Positions 1-13,400 of a stretch of 64,000 bases of DNA are shown here, piece by piece. The translations under genes and the position numbers were made by a program. The notes under the pieces were generated by a model that saw only the letters and a list, made by a program, of their open reading frames with translations, did not search any database and was not told where the DNA came from. Numbering within the stretch: position 1 is the stretch's first letter; each line of letters starts with the position of its first letter. This DNA is from Octopus vulgaris (taxonomy: Eukaryota): NCBI GenBank assembly GCA_951406725.2, contig OX597826.1:17050001-17114000 (forward strand), in the 5' to 3' direction.

Positions 1-560
1 CTATGTTTTCATTCTGATTATTTCTGGATTTCTTGCGAATAGAGAAAGAGTCGGTTTCTAACTTAAATTTAAAGTACCTTCATTAGAATTTTGAGGATCA
101 ATAAGTTATTTGTGCCGGTTTGTAGGTATACATTTAGATACAGTTCATGTCTAGGATGTTTGGTTTGTTTTATGCAGGTATTCTTATCGACATCATGCTC
201 ATATATACGTAAATGATTAATTTTGGAGTTTTACAAATTTTGAGTTATGGCTTCTAATTAGCTTTCTCCTTTCTGGTTTTCAGAAGCCTTGTTTCTTATA
301 TATTGGTGCTTAGGGAATTTGTTACATATCTTATAGCTCCTTTAATTACTGATATATATCTGAACTTGTTATCATGGTAGAGTAGCAGTAAATTTCTCAT
401 TAGTTCAAGCGAAGGTATTTTCCTTTTCGCTGATCCTTTAGCTTCACTTTGACATCCGATCTCCTCTACTGTACACAATTTCTCTTCTTTGTCCCTAGTT
501 ACTATGCCTGGACTATTATGTTTGCATTTTATTGAGGTTTGCGCTAGGACAATTTCTACC
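1..560 (-). mobile_element. Decayed 3' end of a REL-endonuclease non-LTR retrotransposon (R4/Dong-like)
   Basis: Minus-strand translation KHNSPGIVTRDKEEKLCTVEEIGC...LMRNLLLLYHDNKFRYISVIKGAIRYV resembles the RPDIV..D/E...IPVIIGALG endonuclease domain; frameshifted; 3' UTR-like sequence runs toward position 1. Confidence 0.7.
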
Positions 561-930
561 GTCCACAGAGCATTTCGCTTAAACTCCATCTCTTCGGTCG
601 AGATTTTCCTCCAAGCGTATTCCTGTCTCCTTCATCACTTTCTGTTGGTGAAAGGTATAGTGATTTGTTAGTTTACAAGCAATATACATCGTCCTATGGG
701 TGCTACTCTTCCGAAAATCATGCATATTTTTTTCTGATTTTTAAAACTCAGTGGGACTTTGTTGTTTCGCTCGTGTTTCGGTTACGTTTGTAGACGAAGT
801 ATATCAACAGGCTTTAACCTGCCAGAATGAGGATTCATTACATAGTACTAAATACCCCCTCCAATTTCCTTCACAGCATTTAATACTGTACTGTCGGTCT
901 TTTGCTTCCTTTATACGATAATATTCTCTT

Positions 931-1307
931 CTTTACTCTTTTACTTGTTTCAGTCATTTGACTGCGGCCATGCTGGAGCACCGCCTTTAGTCGAGCAAAT
1001 CGACCCCGGGGCTTACTCTTTGTAAGCCCAGTACTTATTCTATCGGTCTCTTTTGCCGAACCGCTAAGTGACGGGGATGTAAACACACCAGCATCGGTTG
1101 TCAAGCAATGCTAGGGGGACAAAAACAGACACACAAACACACACACACATAGATATATATACACATATATACGACAGGCTTCTTTCAGTTTCCGTCTACC
1201 AAATCCACTCACAAGGCATTGGTCGGCCCGGGGCTATAGCAGAAGACACTTGCCCAAGGTGCCACGCTACTTACCACGCTACTTACCACACAGCCACTCC
1301 TGCGCCT
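931..1307 (-). mobile_element. tRNA-derived SINE, family A
   Basis: Minus strand begins aggcgcaggagtggctgtgtggtaag and ends gactgaaacaagtaaaagagtaaag. Colinear with the copy at 54043-54477; the B-box region is deleted and replaced by a gctacttaccac duplication. Confidence 0.9.
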
Positions 1308-1904
1308 CTCTGTCTTCGGGAGAATACTTTCGAGCCATTGTTGTTTTTACTGAAAAAATTATATCAACGGCATATTTCACTTATACATAACGCAGAACAC
1401 TACTAAAATGATCGAGAATGTTGTACCTGCTACTTTTCTTAGTTGTAATAGTGGGGCAGGGTCACATCACTTAGCCTGCAATGCTGTTTGACTAGCAGGC
1501 GATACAGTATCTGTTCGAGGCGTACTAACTCTTCTCCTTATCTTGTATATTGAGGTCAATCCTTAACTCTTCCTCATCATTATCTTTGTCTCTTTCCAAT
1601 TCCACCCCGACCGTTCCATCATTTCTTCTATAATGTAATAAGCGTGTGGCTGCTTGACAGCAATAATCTGTTGTGCTATGGTAATTTATATCACGCTTAA
1701 AACCCGTCATAACCCCTCATAAAGTCACCCACACTGACTAATCTATTGTAGCCCTTACTATAACAAAGGGCATCCTAGACTTGCAAGCAAAATGTGCCAC
1801 AAAATTTCCACTCATGCTGTACACGTTGTAAAGTATTTCGTGATAAGAAGGGCATCCAGCTGTAGAAATCATGTCAAAGATGTATGTGTGTGTGTGCGTC
1901 TGCG

Positions 1905-1918
<14 letters not shown>

Positions 1919-1975
<57 letters not shown>
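1919..1975. repeat. (TA)n microsatellite
   Basis: Direct reading. Confidence 0.95.
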
Positions 1976-1977
<2 letters not shown>

Positions 1978-2554
1978 ATACATATATGTATATATTTACA
2001 TATATATAATGGTCTTTCGCTAATACTGTTTTGTCTTATGTATCAATATCTTTTGCATATACACACATATGTTTGTGTGCTATTTCTTTTTGCTTAAGTG
2101 TTTAATTTGATCTATCTTTTAGGAGAGAAATTAATGAAAATCATTTCTTACTGAATGTACAAGATTGTTAGCAAAAATGCATGAAGACATCAGCAATCTG
2201 ATGCATTAATGTGATTCTTTACGTATCTTTTGATCTCATATTACTTTGCTGATGCATTAACAATACAACTAAACTAAATTGGGTCTTAGCAATCGTGCCA
2301 ATCAAATGACACAAAATTTTACGATTTTAACAACAATTTTTACGAGGACCGTTTATAGCATAAAAGGCTGAATACTGGATAATGTGTCATCGTTTCAACG
2401 ACACCGGAGAAATTATCGTTGATCCAGACACATTAAAACCAACGTGATATATTAATTTACAATGGTGTATTTGGAACACTATTGAGCTAAGACACTGTTT
2501 CTAAATTTACCACAGGCGTTCTAAATTGTACTTGAAAAGGATAAGTTCCTTTGA

Positions 2555-2737
2555 TATTGGTCTCAAATTTTGGCACAAGGCCAGTAATTTCGTGAGATTG
2601 GGTAAGGATGAAAGGATGAAAAACAAAGTCGACCTCTGTAGAATTTGAACTCAGAACGTAAAGACGGACGAAATGCTTCTAAGCATTTTGCTCATCTTTA
2701 CGTTCTGAGCGGCATCGATTCTGTCAGCTCACTGCTT
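2555..2737 (-). mobile_element. SINE family B, internally deleted
   Basis: aaagtcgacctctgtagaatttgaactcagaacgtaaagacggacgaaatgc matches the reverse complement of the family B body. Confidence 0.8.
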
Positions 2738-3368
2738 TTGTCATGGTTTTCATAATGATGTTAAGGAGGCGACATGGTATTGAAGTTTAGATTTGTATTG
2801 ATCTTAGTTTATGATTCTCTGCTGTTCGCATGATGTTAGGAATGTTGTGAAATGGTACCACAAAAGTTATTTTCAATATAGGTACACTAAACTGGAACAT
2901 AAATGAATCTCGATCAGTATCTCATTGTTCTCATTCCAAATTCCGCGGGGTTTATTTTTCTAAAACCAATAATAGTGTTCACTGGATTTATTTGTCATTA
3001 ATCAATAGCCTACAAAAGAAAGCAACAATGTAAATCGTGTAAATAAAATTCTAGTTTACCATGTTTGTGTTAACAAAGTTTAATCGATTTGATTTTATAT
3101 TTCTGTTCGGTAATTTTATTGGGTTCGCCTCCTCAATGTTTATCAACTTTGAAATCTTTATGACAAATAGAATTTCTCTTAAAAGGATTGGCTGTCGGTG
3201 TTTGTTTGTCTTCATAGCATCTGTACATTTGTAAATTATTTTATTTTAGCACAAAGTGGTTATCTTTCTGCTAGTAAAGTTTAATGTACCGTGTTAGGCT
3301 GAGACAGCTTGCAGAGGGTGAATACAACTTATTGCGCATTGATTTGCTATAAACACTTAACAGAAAAA

Positions 3369-3369
<1 letters not shown>

Positions 3370-3420
<51 letters not shown>

Positions 3421-3423
3421 GTG

Positions 3424-3482
<59 letters not shown>

Positions 3483-3490
3483 CATTATTA

Positions 3491-3535
<45 letters not shown>
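3370..3535. repeat. Compound (GAT)n/(TAT)n microsatellite
   Basis: Direct reading; source of the poly-D/poly-Y pseudo-ORF. Confidence 0.95.
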
Positions 3536-3537
<2 letters not shown>

Positions 3538-3543
3538 TAATTA

Positions 3544-3702
3544 AGGCGGCGAACTGGCAGAATCATTAGCACGCCGGGCAAAATACTTAGCGGCATTTTG
3601 TTCGTCCTAAAGTTCTGAGTTCAAATTCCACCGAGGTCGACTTTGCTTTCATCCTTTCGGGGTCGATAAATTAAGTATCAGCTCATTAGTCGGTTCGATG
3701 TA
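3544..3702 (+). mobile_element. SINE family B, 3'-truncated
   Basis: ggcggcgaactggcagaatcattagcacgccgggc...gagttcaaattcc (B box)...gtcgactttgctttcatcctttcggggtcgataaattaagta. Confidence 0.85.
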
Positions 3703-4318
3703 AGAATAATCAGATTATAGTCCAATGTTGATTAGTCTTTCGCGTAAAAAAGGCCGCCACAGTTATCTATCAGTAGTTGACAATTTGAGAACAATATCAC
3801 CGTTGGTTACATATATTTTTATCTATATGATAATCTCCTTGTTCGTTCACCTATTATACATTAGTTAGTTAGGGAGGTGGAGGTGGAGTGAGTGAGAAGT
3901 GGAGTAAGACTGAGAGAGTTGGAAAAGTGAAGAACAAAAAGAGGAAGAAGAAGAGAGGGGAGATTAATGTTATCACACTTAGGCCAACTGGTCACGTGTT
4001 CAGCTGAAGGTAGAGGCGAAGAATGAGTGAAAAAGACGACGAGAGAAAACGAGGGAGAGAGAAGTGTTAACGTCGTACTGTGGGGTGGGGGGAAAATAAT
4101 TATTACGTGATTAAAAAGTTAGCTGAAGGATAAGGTAGACAGAGGTAGATAGACAGGGGAGGCAGTTATATTGAGAGAGAGGGGTAGCTAGATAGCGGTG
4201 GTGGTCGTGGTGGTGTGTTGATAGACACAATATTTTGTTATTGAACTAATTCTTTTATAGCGACCATCGCATACGTGTAAGTGCAATTATTTATCGTCTG
4301 CTCGCTGAAAAAAAATTG

Positions 4319-4561
4319 GGAACTTTTCGGTTTGAACGGCAGTTTTTTCTAGTATCGATCTATTGCATTTCAATCTGTTTTATACTTAGGGTTAGGGTTA
4401 GGGTTGAGGGAAGGGTATCTTTTTTCTTCAGAAATGTAAATAAGCCCAATCTGTTTCTTAAACGAGGGACATATTCATACGGCACAGAATGTTTTTTAAC
4501 TCAAAGTGTTTAGTTACGAGGAAATTATTTTAAAAAACTGCCTTTCAAACCGAAAAGATTT
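4319..4561. mobile_element. Non-autonomous TIR element (MITE) with internal (TTAGGG)n, short variant
   Basis: TIRs ggaacttttcggtttgaacggcagttttt / aaaaactgcctttcaaaccgaaaagattt; internal ttagggttagggttaggg; homologous to 9421-9873. Confidence 0.85.
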
Positions 4562-5551
4562 AAAAAAATGATATAGTTGCAGGGTTTCCGAGAAAGGATA
4601 CACAGATGTAGACCGCGGATCAGAGAAGAACGGCGAGAAAATATAATAAAACCGTCAAAAATATTTAAAGAAAGCTAAACTATGACTGCTATAAAAATGT
4701 AAATCATCCTTTCTTTCTTAAATAGGGTCTCTTAATTTCATTGATTCCGTGGAATTTACACGGGTCCTACTAGCAGATTAAATATTGGTGTACTGAATTT
4801 GTGACGACGTATGTGACAGGGTAATGTCTTTGCCTTACTGAACTTTGTTGAAAAGAAACTGGGTTACAGATTCGGTTTTCACTGATGTTTACAATCTTCG
4901 ACGATTTTCTGTGAAACATACAAGAATACATATATCAACAGCCCTGACAAAATTGTGTTTGTTGGTGCTAATCGCCGAAAACTACTAGCCCATATCAGAA
5001 ACTTCCATATCAATAGTGAAGTAGATCGCCTCCAATTAGAACAAAAACAAAGCATCCCAGGGGAAGCATCAGCCGAAATAGTATTTTAATGTTGCATCGT
5101 ATCCTTTTAACTATATCTTCAAACTATTGAATGTCCAGCCATGTATCAAGTCTGTATAAATGATGCCGACACAATGATAGTTAGAAAGAAGCTTCTCACT
5201 TTTTGATGATGAGGAATACGCACCCATGGAACATCTACATCTTTGCTGTAATAGATCATAAGAAGAAAAGCTGTATACTTATCAATATAAGATTACACAT
5301 GATATATTTGCATATATATATCCCAGAAGCTTCAAAATGACAGTCACATTGCTAAGAGTAGTAGTCTATATTAGATTAACAACAGGAATATTTGCTCTCA
5401 TTTTCAAGTGTATGCTTTTTCAATACAACAGCAGTAAATTACAAGAAATACCCGGTACACATAGAAGATAGGATACAGTTAAAGCAAAGCCCCTTAGTGC
5501 TTATTTCGTGCAACTGACGTACAACCCCATACATACATGCAGAAATTACGT

Positions 5552-5552
5552 G

Positions 5553-5616
<64 letters not shown>

Positions 5617-5640
5617 CGTATGTGTGTGTGTATGTGTGTA

Positions 5641-5703
<63 letters not shown>
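5552..5703. repeat. Compound (TA)n/(TG)n/(GA)n microsatellite
   Basis: Direct reading. Confidence 0.95.
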
Positions 5704-5706
<3 letters not shown>

Positions 5707-7279
5707 GTGTAGGTGTGTATGAGTGCGTGCATACCAGTATTTGTGTCAGTATGTTTGTATGTATATATGCTTGTATCTTCATACCGTATGGTCTATACAG
5801 ATTTATTATTTCATTACAATTTTTCTTGTCTGGGTTTTCGTTTTTTTTTCCGTATATTACATTCGTTTTGTACACAATTCTGACATATCAAGATATCAAG
5901 TAAACATATTTTGCTTTTTTTTTTTAACTCACTGATAATATAATGCAGCTGATATTAGCTTTATCATGATCGATTTGGCGTTAAATTCAATTAAAATTTG
6001 CGATTTATTTAAGTAGATGGGATTTATATTTAATTTCCATTCTCTTATCATCCGAAACAGCCATTGAAATAATGATGACACCCACTAAACCTGTTCAGCG
6101 TATAATGGCTCTCAAATTCGTAATATCCAGTCACTTACGACACTCAGAAGTGTCTCTCTGATCGTTCGACATGACAAGCATAGCAACAAAGTCATTTGCA
6201 TTCCCGCCCCATTGTCTTTTAGTAATGCTTAGTGAAATCTAGATTCACATACACCTGAAAATATGAGGTGACTACCAGCCATATGACATTCATTTGTACG
6301 TGTGTTCGTTTATGGGTGCTCTGCGGTTAGATAATAACAACAAAAGCAACAACATCGACAACAATAACAACAATAGCAGCAATGGTGAAGCCAACAACAA
6401 TAGCAACATGAACAATGAAAACAAAGCCTGTTATATCGAATCTGTGACCATTCATTTGTTCAATAGAAAAGTAGAAGACCATTGTGATTGGAAAACTATT
6501 TCCCCAAGTGTCAGAGGAAAAGGACAAATTTCGCAATTATGTTTCCCCATTTAATGGTTACTCCAACCGTTTCATGTACCTAAAAGTTTCAGCTGCATAA
6601 TAAACTGCAATTCAATCGAAATCAATAATGTTAACATCTCAAGTATTCTTCAATTTAATAAATAGACCTAAATTAAATAGTTTTAATATTATTTATCTTA
6701 GGCTGAGTTTGAACAAAGTTTGTCCCGTTTTATGAGTCACCTAATTGCATTTCACGCCATTGTGAAACCACGAATCTCTGAACGAATCTAATCAAGCTGC
6801 ACTTGATCTCCAAGCTACGGGTAATCTAAGTGTCAAATGATGAATGCTTGGAAAGTTTTGAAGTATCAAAAAGTTTTCTTTGAAAATGTAGTTAACTTTT
6901 GTTTAGTAGATTCACTTTGTTTCAACCCACGCAATATATTTATTAGCTTTCATGATAATTCACGACACTTTTGGACATATATATTTTGCATATAAATATA
7001 TTTTTTAAATATGCAATTGTTTGCAGTCGATGATATAGATTTTATTCGAATATCCTGTGAGAAGTCACGTTTGAAATATTTGAAAGTCACTAATGATATT
7101 TGTCAAATTAGGTTATGAAAATGACATGAGTGCTGTTAAAATGATTACAAGCACTTTTTTTAAATTTTAGAATATCAGAATTTAAAAGCCATTCAATCAT
7201 TAATATTTATGTCACGATTGGTTTAGTTTCTTTAACTTTTGGAGAAATTCAAACTTTTCGTTGATTATTCGTTTGTTAT

Positions 7280-7667
7280 TTTACTTGTTTCGACCATTAA
7301 ACTGTGACCGTGTAGGCCACCATCTTCGAGAGTTTTAGTTAGTTATTATCGACATTACTGTTTATGTTAAAATCCGGTATTTACTCAACCACTCTCTTTC
7401 TGGCTAGCTACTAAGGGTGTGTAAACAAATAAACACATGTTTCCAGGAAGTGAGAAACGAACACAAAGACGCATTTACACATGTACACATACGCTCGCTC
7501 GCATGCACATACACATATGTATGTATTCGATGCTTTTCTACAGAGTTCCAATCTATCATATTCACTAGCAGACCCTGCGTTGTCGTAGAAGTCCAAGGTG
7601 CCGTGCAGTAGAACTGAGCCTGAAATCAGTAATCAAACTTCTTAAATACACAAGCATACCAGCGCCT
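7280..7667 (-). mobile_element. SINE family A, diverged copy
   Basis: ttacttgtttcgaccattaaactgtgacc...ccaaggtgccgtgcagtagaactgagcc...accagcgcct aligns with family A. Confidence 0.7.
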
Positions 7668-8322
7668 ATCTTAAAGTTTCATCACCAAGCATAATTTTTC
7701 TTTAATTTTGTTATTTTGAAAAAAAAAATGTTTTACTGTTTTTGTATGTGTACAATATTATTAAAAACATTGATGCGTTTATGATAGTTGATAACATAAC
7801 TCCACAACAATTGATATAGACGTAAAAGCACAACGATATATTAAAGTACCAAATCCTAGAACAGAGGAAATTAAAATTATAGTATAGAAAGGCTAATAAT
7901 GGCTCTCGTTGTTAGAAATTATTTATAGATATCAATTATCTATAAATAATTTGTATAAATGTTTTATTTTGATGGAAGATGTGTGATATTGTTTATCTGA
8001 CAGTGATTTGGCTGTTATTTTTATAGAAGCACTGTCATTGGTTCAGTTTTGACTTGCAAAATTGCTCTACTGTAATCAAAGTCAAGACAGTGTTTTTATG
8101 TTTTTCGTAATGATAGTTTAAATAAAAAAATTCATGTCCATTATAGACGATCATATGTATCATCTCTGCCTACTTCGGAAACACTCTTCAATTATATTGT
8201 CTTCTTTAAAATTACACAATATCCATATTTAAGCTCAGCCATTTATTGTCAATAAATTTTACAATATTTTAAATAATAAAATGTTATGATTTGTTATTTA
8301 TGTAGCTAATGTACCAATATGT

Positions 8323-8706
8323 GGAGGCGCAATGGCCCAGTGGTTAGGGCAGCGGACTCGCGGTCATAGGATGGCGGTTTCGATTCCTAGACCGGGCGTT
8401 GTGAATGTTTATTGAGCGAAAACACCTAAAAGCTCCACGAGGCTCCGGCAGGGGATGGTGGTGATCCCTGCTGTACTCTTTCAACACAACTTTCTCTCAC
8501 TCTTACTTCCTGTTTCTGTTGTATCTGTATTTCAAAGGGCCGGCCTTGTCACTCTTTGTGTCACGCTGAATATCCCCGAGAACTACGTTAAGGGTAGACG
8601 TGTCTGTGGAGTGCTCAGCCATTTACACGTTAATTTCACAAGCAGGCTGTTCCGTTGATTCGGATCAACCGGAACCCTCGTCGTCGTAACCGACGGAGTG
8701 CTTCCA
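8323..8706 (+). mobile_element. tRNA-derived SINE, family C, full length with TSD
   Basis: A box tggcccagtgg and B box ggtttcgattcc. Near-identical to the reverse complement of 32181-32571. Imperfect 12-bp TSD gtaccaatatgt (8311-8322) / gtaccaatgtat (8707-8718). Confidence 0.92.
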
Positions 8707-9420
8707 GTACCAATGTATAACCAGTTTGTAGAGGGAAAATTTTCAACGAGAAACGTATCTAAAAATAGTACTTCACATATATTATACACTCTTCATTCAT
8801 CACTTATTACTGATACTACATTATTTATTTGTGGTTGCTGGGTCTGCTAGAAAATGCAGCTAAATTTTCCAAAAGTCAAGAATCTGAATAAGAGTATTAC
8901 TAGGCAATCCACACATACAATCACATCCACGCCCACACTCCTGTTTGCGTACACACACGCGCGCAAACATGCATACCCACCCATATATGTATGGAAATAT
9001 CTGAGCGTACACATATATGTATATGGATACATGAGTGCATATATACATACATGCACACATGCATATATGCATGTATACATACATTCATTCATACACACAT
9101 ACATACAAGCATACATCATACATACATATATATTTGTAAATTGTGTAGCTTTGGCACCTTCCTATGTGTGCTGGTAATACAATCAGTAGATATTTCATGT
9201 ACAATGATACTTGGATTAAAGAATTAATACTTTACACCATGACATTTACGAAAGATGTGTTCAGACAACATTCGTGGAAACTTGGAATAAAAACTGTATA
9301 TTATTTATTTTATATCATAATCTGCAGTAAAATGACAACGTCCCTGCCAACGGGCCAACAGGTACTTCATTGTATTTCTCACGGTGAAATTGTTAGTGAA
9401 CGTCTGTAAGTGGGAGCAAC

Positions 9421-9873
9421 GGATCTTTTCGGTTTGAACGGCAGTTTTTTTCAAGCGGTGTCATATGAAATTGTCACCCATAATTATGACCCTAGTATCG
9501 ATCTATTGCATTTCAATCTGTTTTAGGGTTTAGGGTAGTTAGGGTTAGTTAGGATTAATTAGGGTTAGGTTTAGGGGTGGGGGAAGGGTATCTTTTTTTC
9601 TTCACAAATGTAAATAAACCCAATCTGTTTCTTAAACGAGGGGCATAGTCATGCGGCACAGAATGTTTTTTTAACTTAATGGACGTCATCGATTTGTTGA
9701 AATTGCAGAAATTGAAGAAAAAAACAGCAAATATCTTACAAACTATAGAATTTTCTCAATAAAGCCAAGAGAAAAATATGTTTTATAAACACATTCTACC
9801 AGCATAGGATGTTTAAACTTTTTTAGTTACCTAGAAATTATGTTAAAAACTGCCGTTCAAACCGAAAAGGTCC
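9421..9873. mobile_element. MITE with internal telomere-like repeats, long variant
   Basis: TIRs ggatcttttcggtttgaacggcagtttt / aaaactgccgttcaaaccgaaaaggtcc; 8-bp flanks ggagcaac / agagcaac (7/8 match); degenerate TTAGGG run at about 9522-9578. Confidence 0.88.
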
Positions 9874-10116
9874 AGAGCAACGGTTTCGTTCGCCGAGCAC
9901 CAGTTTTGTGATATTCCCTACCATGATATATCGGTAAACACACACATACGCAAATACGATAGGCTTTGTCACAGATTCCAAGAACCAAGAGTTCTCTCAC
10001 ACGTTATTGGTCAAATTGAAGCTTTAGTAAAATACATATGTCTAAGATTTCGCGCAGTGTGATCGATCCTGGTATCACAAGATTCCGTAACAAACTTCTC
10101 ACCCGTACAGCCATTC
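9874..10116 (-). mobile_element. Old SINE family A-like remnant abutting the MITE
   Basis: cgataggctttgtcacag...cgcgcagtgtgatcgatcctgg...caaacttctcacccgtacagccatt is a diverged family A head and body. Confidence 0.55.
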
Positions 10117-11500
10117 TAACATTTAATATTTTTTGATAACCATATTGCCATAATAAATAGCATACTATAATTTCACGGGAAATTAATTTCTTTATTCTGA
10201 CGTGCCATCACCTTTATATTCTATGTTAACAATTTCTAATCAATAAGATTACAAGAGCCAATATTTCTATGTTGGGAAATCAAATACCCATTGTCAGTTG
10301 ATAAGAATGAAGCGGATAAGCTATATTTTATTATAATGGTTATATTGTGACATGATGAACTAAAATACTGTGGGAAATTAAATAACGTAAGTATATAATG
10401 TTATAGAGTTTATGATAGTATTTAGTCATTTTTTATATATGTTCTATAAATTAATTAATAAGCCTGTTTATCAAAAGTCAGATTATGTATCTGAAGCGGC
10501 CCAAGGTGACCGAAAATAAAAAAGGGGACTTAAGTGCAAATAGGTTAAACAAATGACGGTAGCGATGCGAATTCAGCTGATTTCCTCAGAAGAGCAAAAT
10601 GACTACGTTAATGACAGTTTTATTTTCAAACCATTTCTCTGAAGGATTGAGATAAATAAGATTGGAAGTCACCTAGGTAATGAACGGCTGATCACTCAAG
10701 GAAATAAATGTTGAAAAGAATTTAAGTTTAGACGGTATTGTCATCTCTTGCTTCAATATGAAACATAGCAATATAATTAGAATTTCCACCTAGATGTGAA
10801 TTTGAATTGTTTCTTGTATCTCTCAAATATTAGAACTGTTATAAATGTTTAAGAAATCTACTAACACTTATCACCAGCACATTTTCTATTAAGGGTGAAA
10901 AACAAGCCATTATTTAGTATGTTACCACCCGCTTCCTGGGCGCAAGTATTCGAACTGTATTCCGCTATGTTGCACCATGAGTAAGTATCTCTGTTTAGCT
11001 GATTAATGACTTCTGTACAAAATTTGGTTTAGCTGAAACTTTGTGGAAAATGTGTGTATGCATGTTTGCTGCGGGTGTAAGGCATATAAGCCAATACGAG
11101 CTTTGTAGGCTAAACGGGTAACATCACCAAGCTTCATTGATGAGACAATGAATTTACGGACACAGTCAAGAGATAAAAGAGGGCATTGAATCAAAGAACT
11201 GAATGAACGCAGGAGAAACAAGATCTATCCAACAAAATGTTGCGGATTAGATATTACCTAAAATCTGTAGAGATACGATACATAGTGGGCTTTCAACAGA
11301 TTGTCACTCCAAATTAGTACTTTCCCTGAATAACGTAAGTGAGTTTCAATTGGTATTTTCTCATTTCTGAAGTTATTCCATATCTAAAAACACACAATAA
11401 ATGATGCGAGGAATTGGAGAAAATGAATATTGTTTTTTTAGAAGCAAATGAATTAGCAGTAAACTTTAAGAAAGTATTCATTATCATTATTCCATATAGA

Positions 11501-11672
11501 GGGCGGTGAGCTAGCAGAATCGTTAGCGCGACGGACAAAATATTTACCGGCATTCCGTCCGTCTTTACGTTCATTCTTTCGTGGTCGATAAGATAAGTAC
11601 CAGTCAAGCACTGGTAATCGAGCTACCCCATCCCCAGGAATTGTTGGCCTTGGGCCAAAATTTGAAACCATT
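11501..11672 (+). mobile_element. SINE family B, internally deleted
   Basis: ggcggtgagctagcagaatcgttagc...gtcgataagataagtaccagtc...ggccttgggccaaaatttgaaacc. Confidence 0.8.
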
Positions 11673-12360
11673 ATTACTTCCATATAATTTAATTAAATTT
11701 AAGTGAAAATTTCAATGCACGTTATTGATGCAATTTGGTGACTTAATTCTTGATGCGTTTGACAGGGCTGCTAATATTTGATCCCCTTTCTTCCTAGAAA
11801 TGCAAATGAAAATATGCTGTAGTCTTCACAGTAACTCTGAATTTAAAATTCTGCAAAAATTTTAATGTGATTAAAAAAGTGTCGAATAATTTTTATTGTT
11901 ATTATATTTTATTCATTTGAACATTTGAACCCTACGACCACAAAACAAAGTAAATTTAAGGTTTCGGTCAAGAGAATAAAAACTGACGTTGTAGAAACAC
12001 GAGGCTGAATACTTTTAAAATATCAATTATTAACTTTTAACAGTCGTCATTGAATTTGATCGCAAAGATTAATTCACGATTTGGGAAAGTTCCATAATTC
12101 TAATTTGATCATAAGACAATTATAATTAGCAACTTTAATTTAACAATTTATTACAAGTTTGTATGCCATGACAGTTGATATTTATTTCCACTTTAAACAG
12201 TTTTATGCTTTGATAACCAGATTTAATTCGATAAACGAGACGAAGGTTAATACAGATTTAAACAGGATGACCTGTCAATTTTAAATTATAACTTTTAACC
12301 TTTAAAACCATAAATTAACATATCAAATTACTCTTATTGATATATTTCTTAAATGTAGAA

Positions 12361-12600
12361 CAATGATTTTCAACTGGGGTCCGTATGACCCCAGGATGCC
12401 CATAAAATATTTTGTTGTTAAAATTTATGTGCAATAAATTGCTTATATTTCTACTATACATAAGCTGTTATGACATTTTTTAATGCAATTCCTAATAATA
12501 TTTTACTTATGAAAATATAATAGGATTTTAAAAATATTGAATGGAGGGTCCATTAGAGTAAAATAGGGATCCGTAGGTAAAAAGTGGTTGACAGACACTT
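12361..12600. mobile_element. hAT/Charlie-like MITE, 240 bp
   Basis: Termini caatgattttcaact / ggttgacagacactt resemble CAGTGGTTCTCAACC-type TIRs; 8-bp flanks atgtagaa / ctgtacaa (6/8) resemble the NTCTAGAN target. Confidence 0.6.
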
Positions 12601-12974
12601 CTGTACAAAATAAAAATTAAACTAATTTTATAAACTGAAATATATTACATTTATGCATCCTATGAAAACTTTCGTTGAATTTATTGCTTTTTTACAGTGA
12701 GTGGAAACGGAAGACAGTATTGTCAACTGGGTCATCCAGTTTTATATATTTTAGCTATGAACATTATTAGCAGGCTACAAACCAATATCCTTCAACTGGT
12801 TGTCCACCATTATTATCTAGGGATTTAATCTATCATATTACGTTCGTAGTTTGAACACAATTTTTTTCGCCAGGGTTACGCTATAATTTGCACTTACAAT
12901 TCACAACGGTTTTTTTATCACACTTCAATCGTACACTACATCGCCTCACATTTAAAGAAGTACCTCTGTGTGTT

Positions 12975-13400
12975 TGCATGCCATACGAAAAATAGCATTC
13001 ACCAAGACCCTAAATTCCACATGACCGTCTTGAAAATGAGAGGAAAACACCCAATAATGTAGTTCTAGATATACATTGCTCAAGACATTGAAATTAGAAA
13101 TTGGGTGCCTCGTGTATCTTCGATCATAAGTTTGTTAAGCACAAACTATTAACTTACTATTTCGTTACCTTATAAAACTTTCCTAACCTTCCACTGTAAC
13201 AGAGCTGCTAGAAATAAGAAAGTAAACTCCCTCATATCACACTCTATCGTCTTGAAAGAAAACAAAAATGAATTAAATAATATAGCCTTAAATGCAACAT
13301 GCGTAAAAACTATTTTAGAAGATGGTCATGGATGGAATGCACTTAATTTATGTGGTTGATTGACTTGCTAAAAATAGCAACCAAATTTCCTGCAGTTTGC
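12975..13400 (+). repeat. Three diverged tandem copies of an old interspersed-repeat core
   Basis: A motif related to gctagaaatagcagccaaa...cacac...cgtcttgaaa recurs at about 12988, 13207 and 13367, and again near 63850. Confidence 0.45.

Noticed and set aside
4386-4410. True telomere or chromosome-fusion scar
   Set aside because: The TTAGGG units lie inside a TIR-bounded element present twice in the window.
4726-4820. Coding exon after an acceptor-like tttcttaaatag
   Set aside because: Stops in all three frames; at most non-coding.
5230-5305. REL endonuclease fragment (AVIDHKKKSCILINI)
   Set aside because: Only about 15 residues of weak similarity with no flanking motifs; insufficient to annotate.
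8323-8397. tRNA gene
   Set aside because: The tRNA-like head continues into a 310-bp body, has a TSD and a second full copy; it is a SINE.
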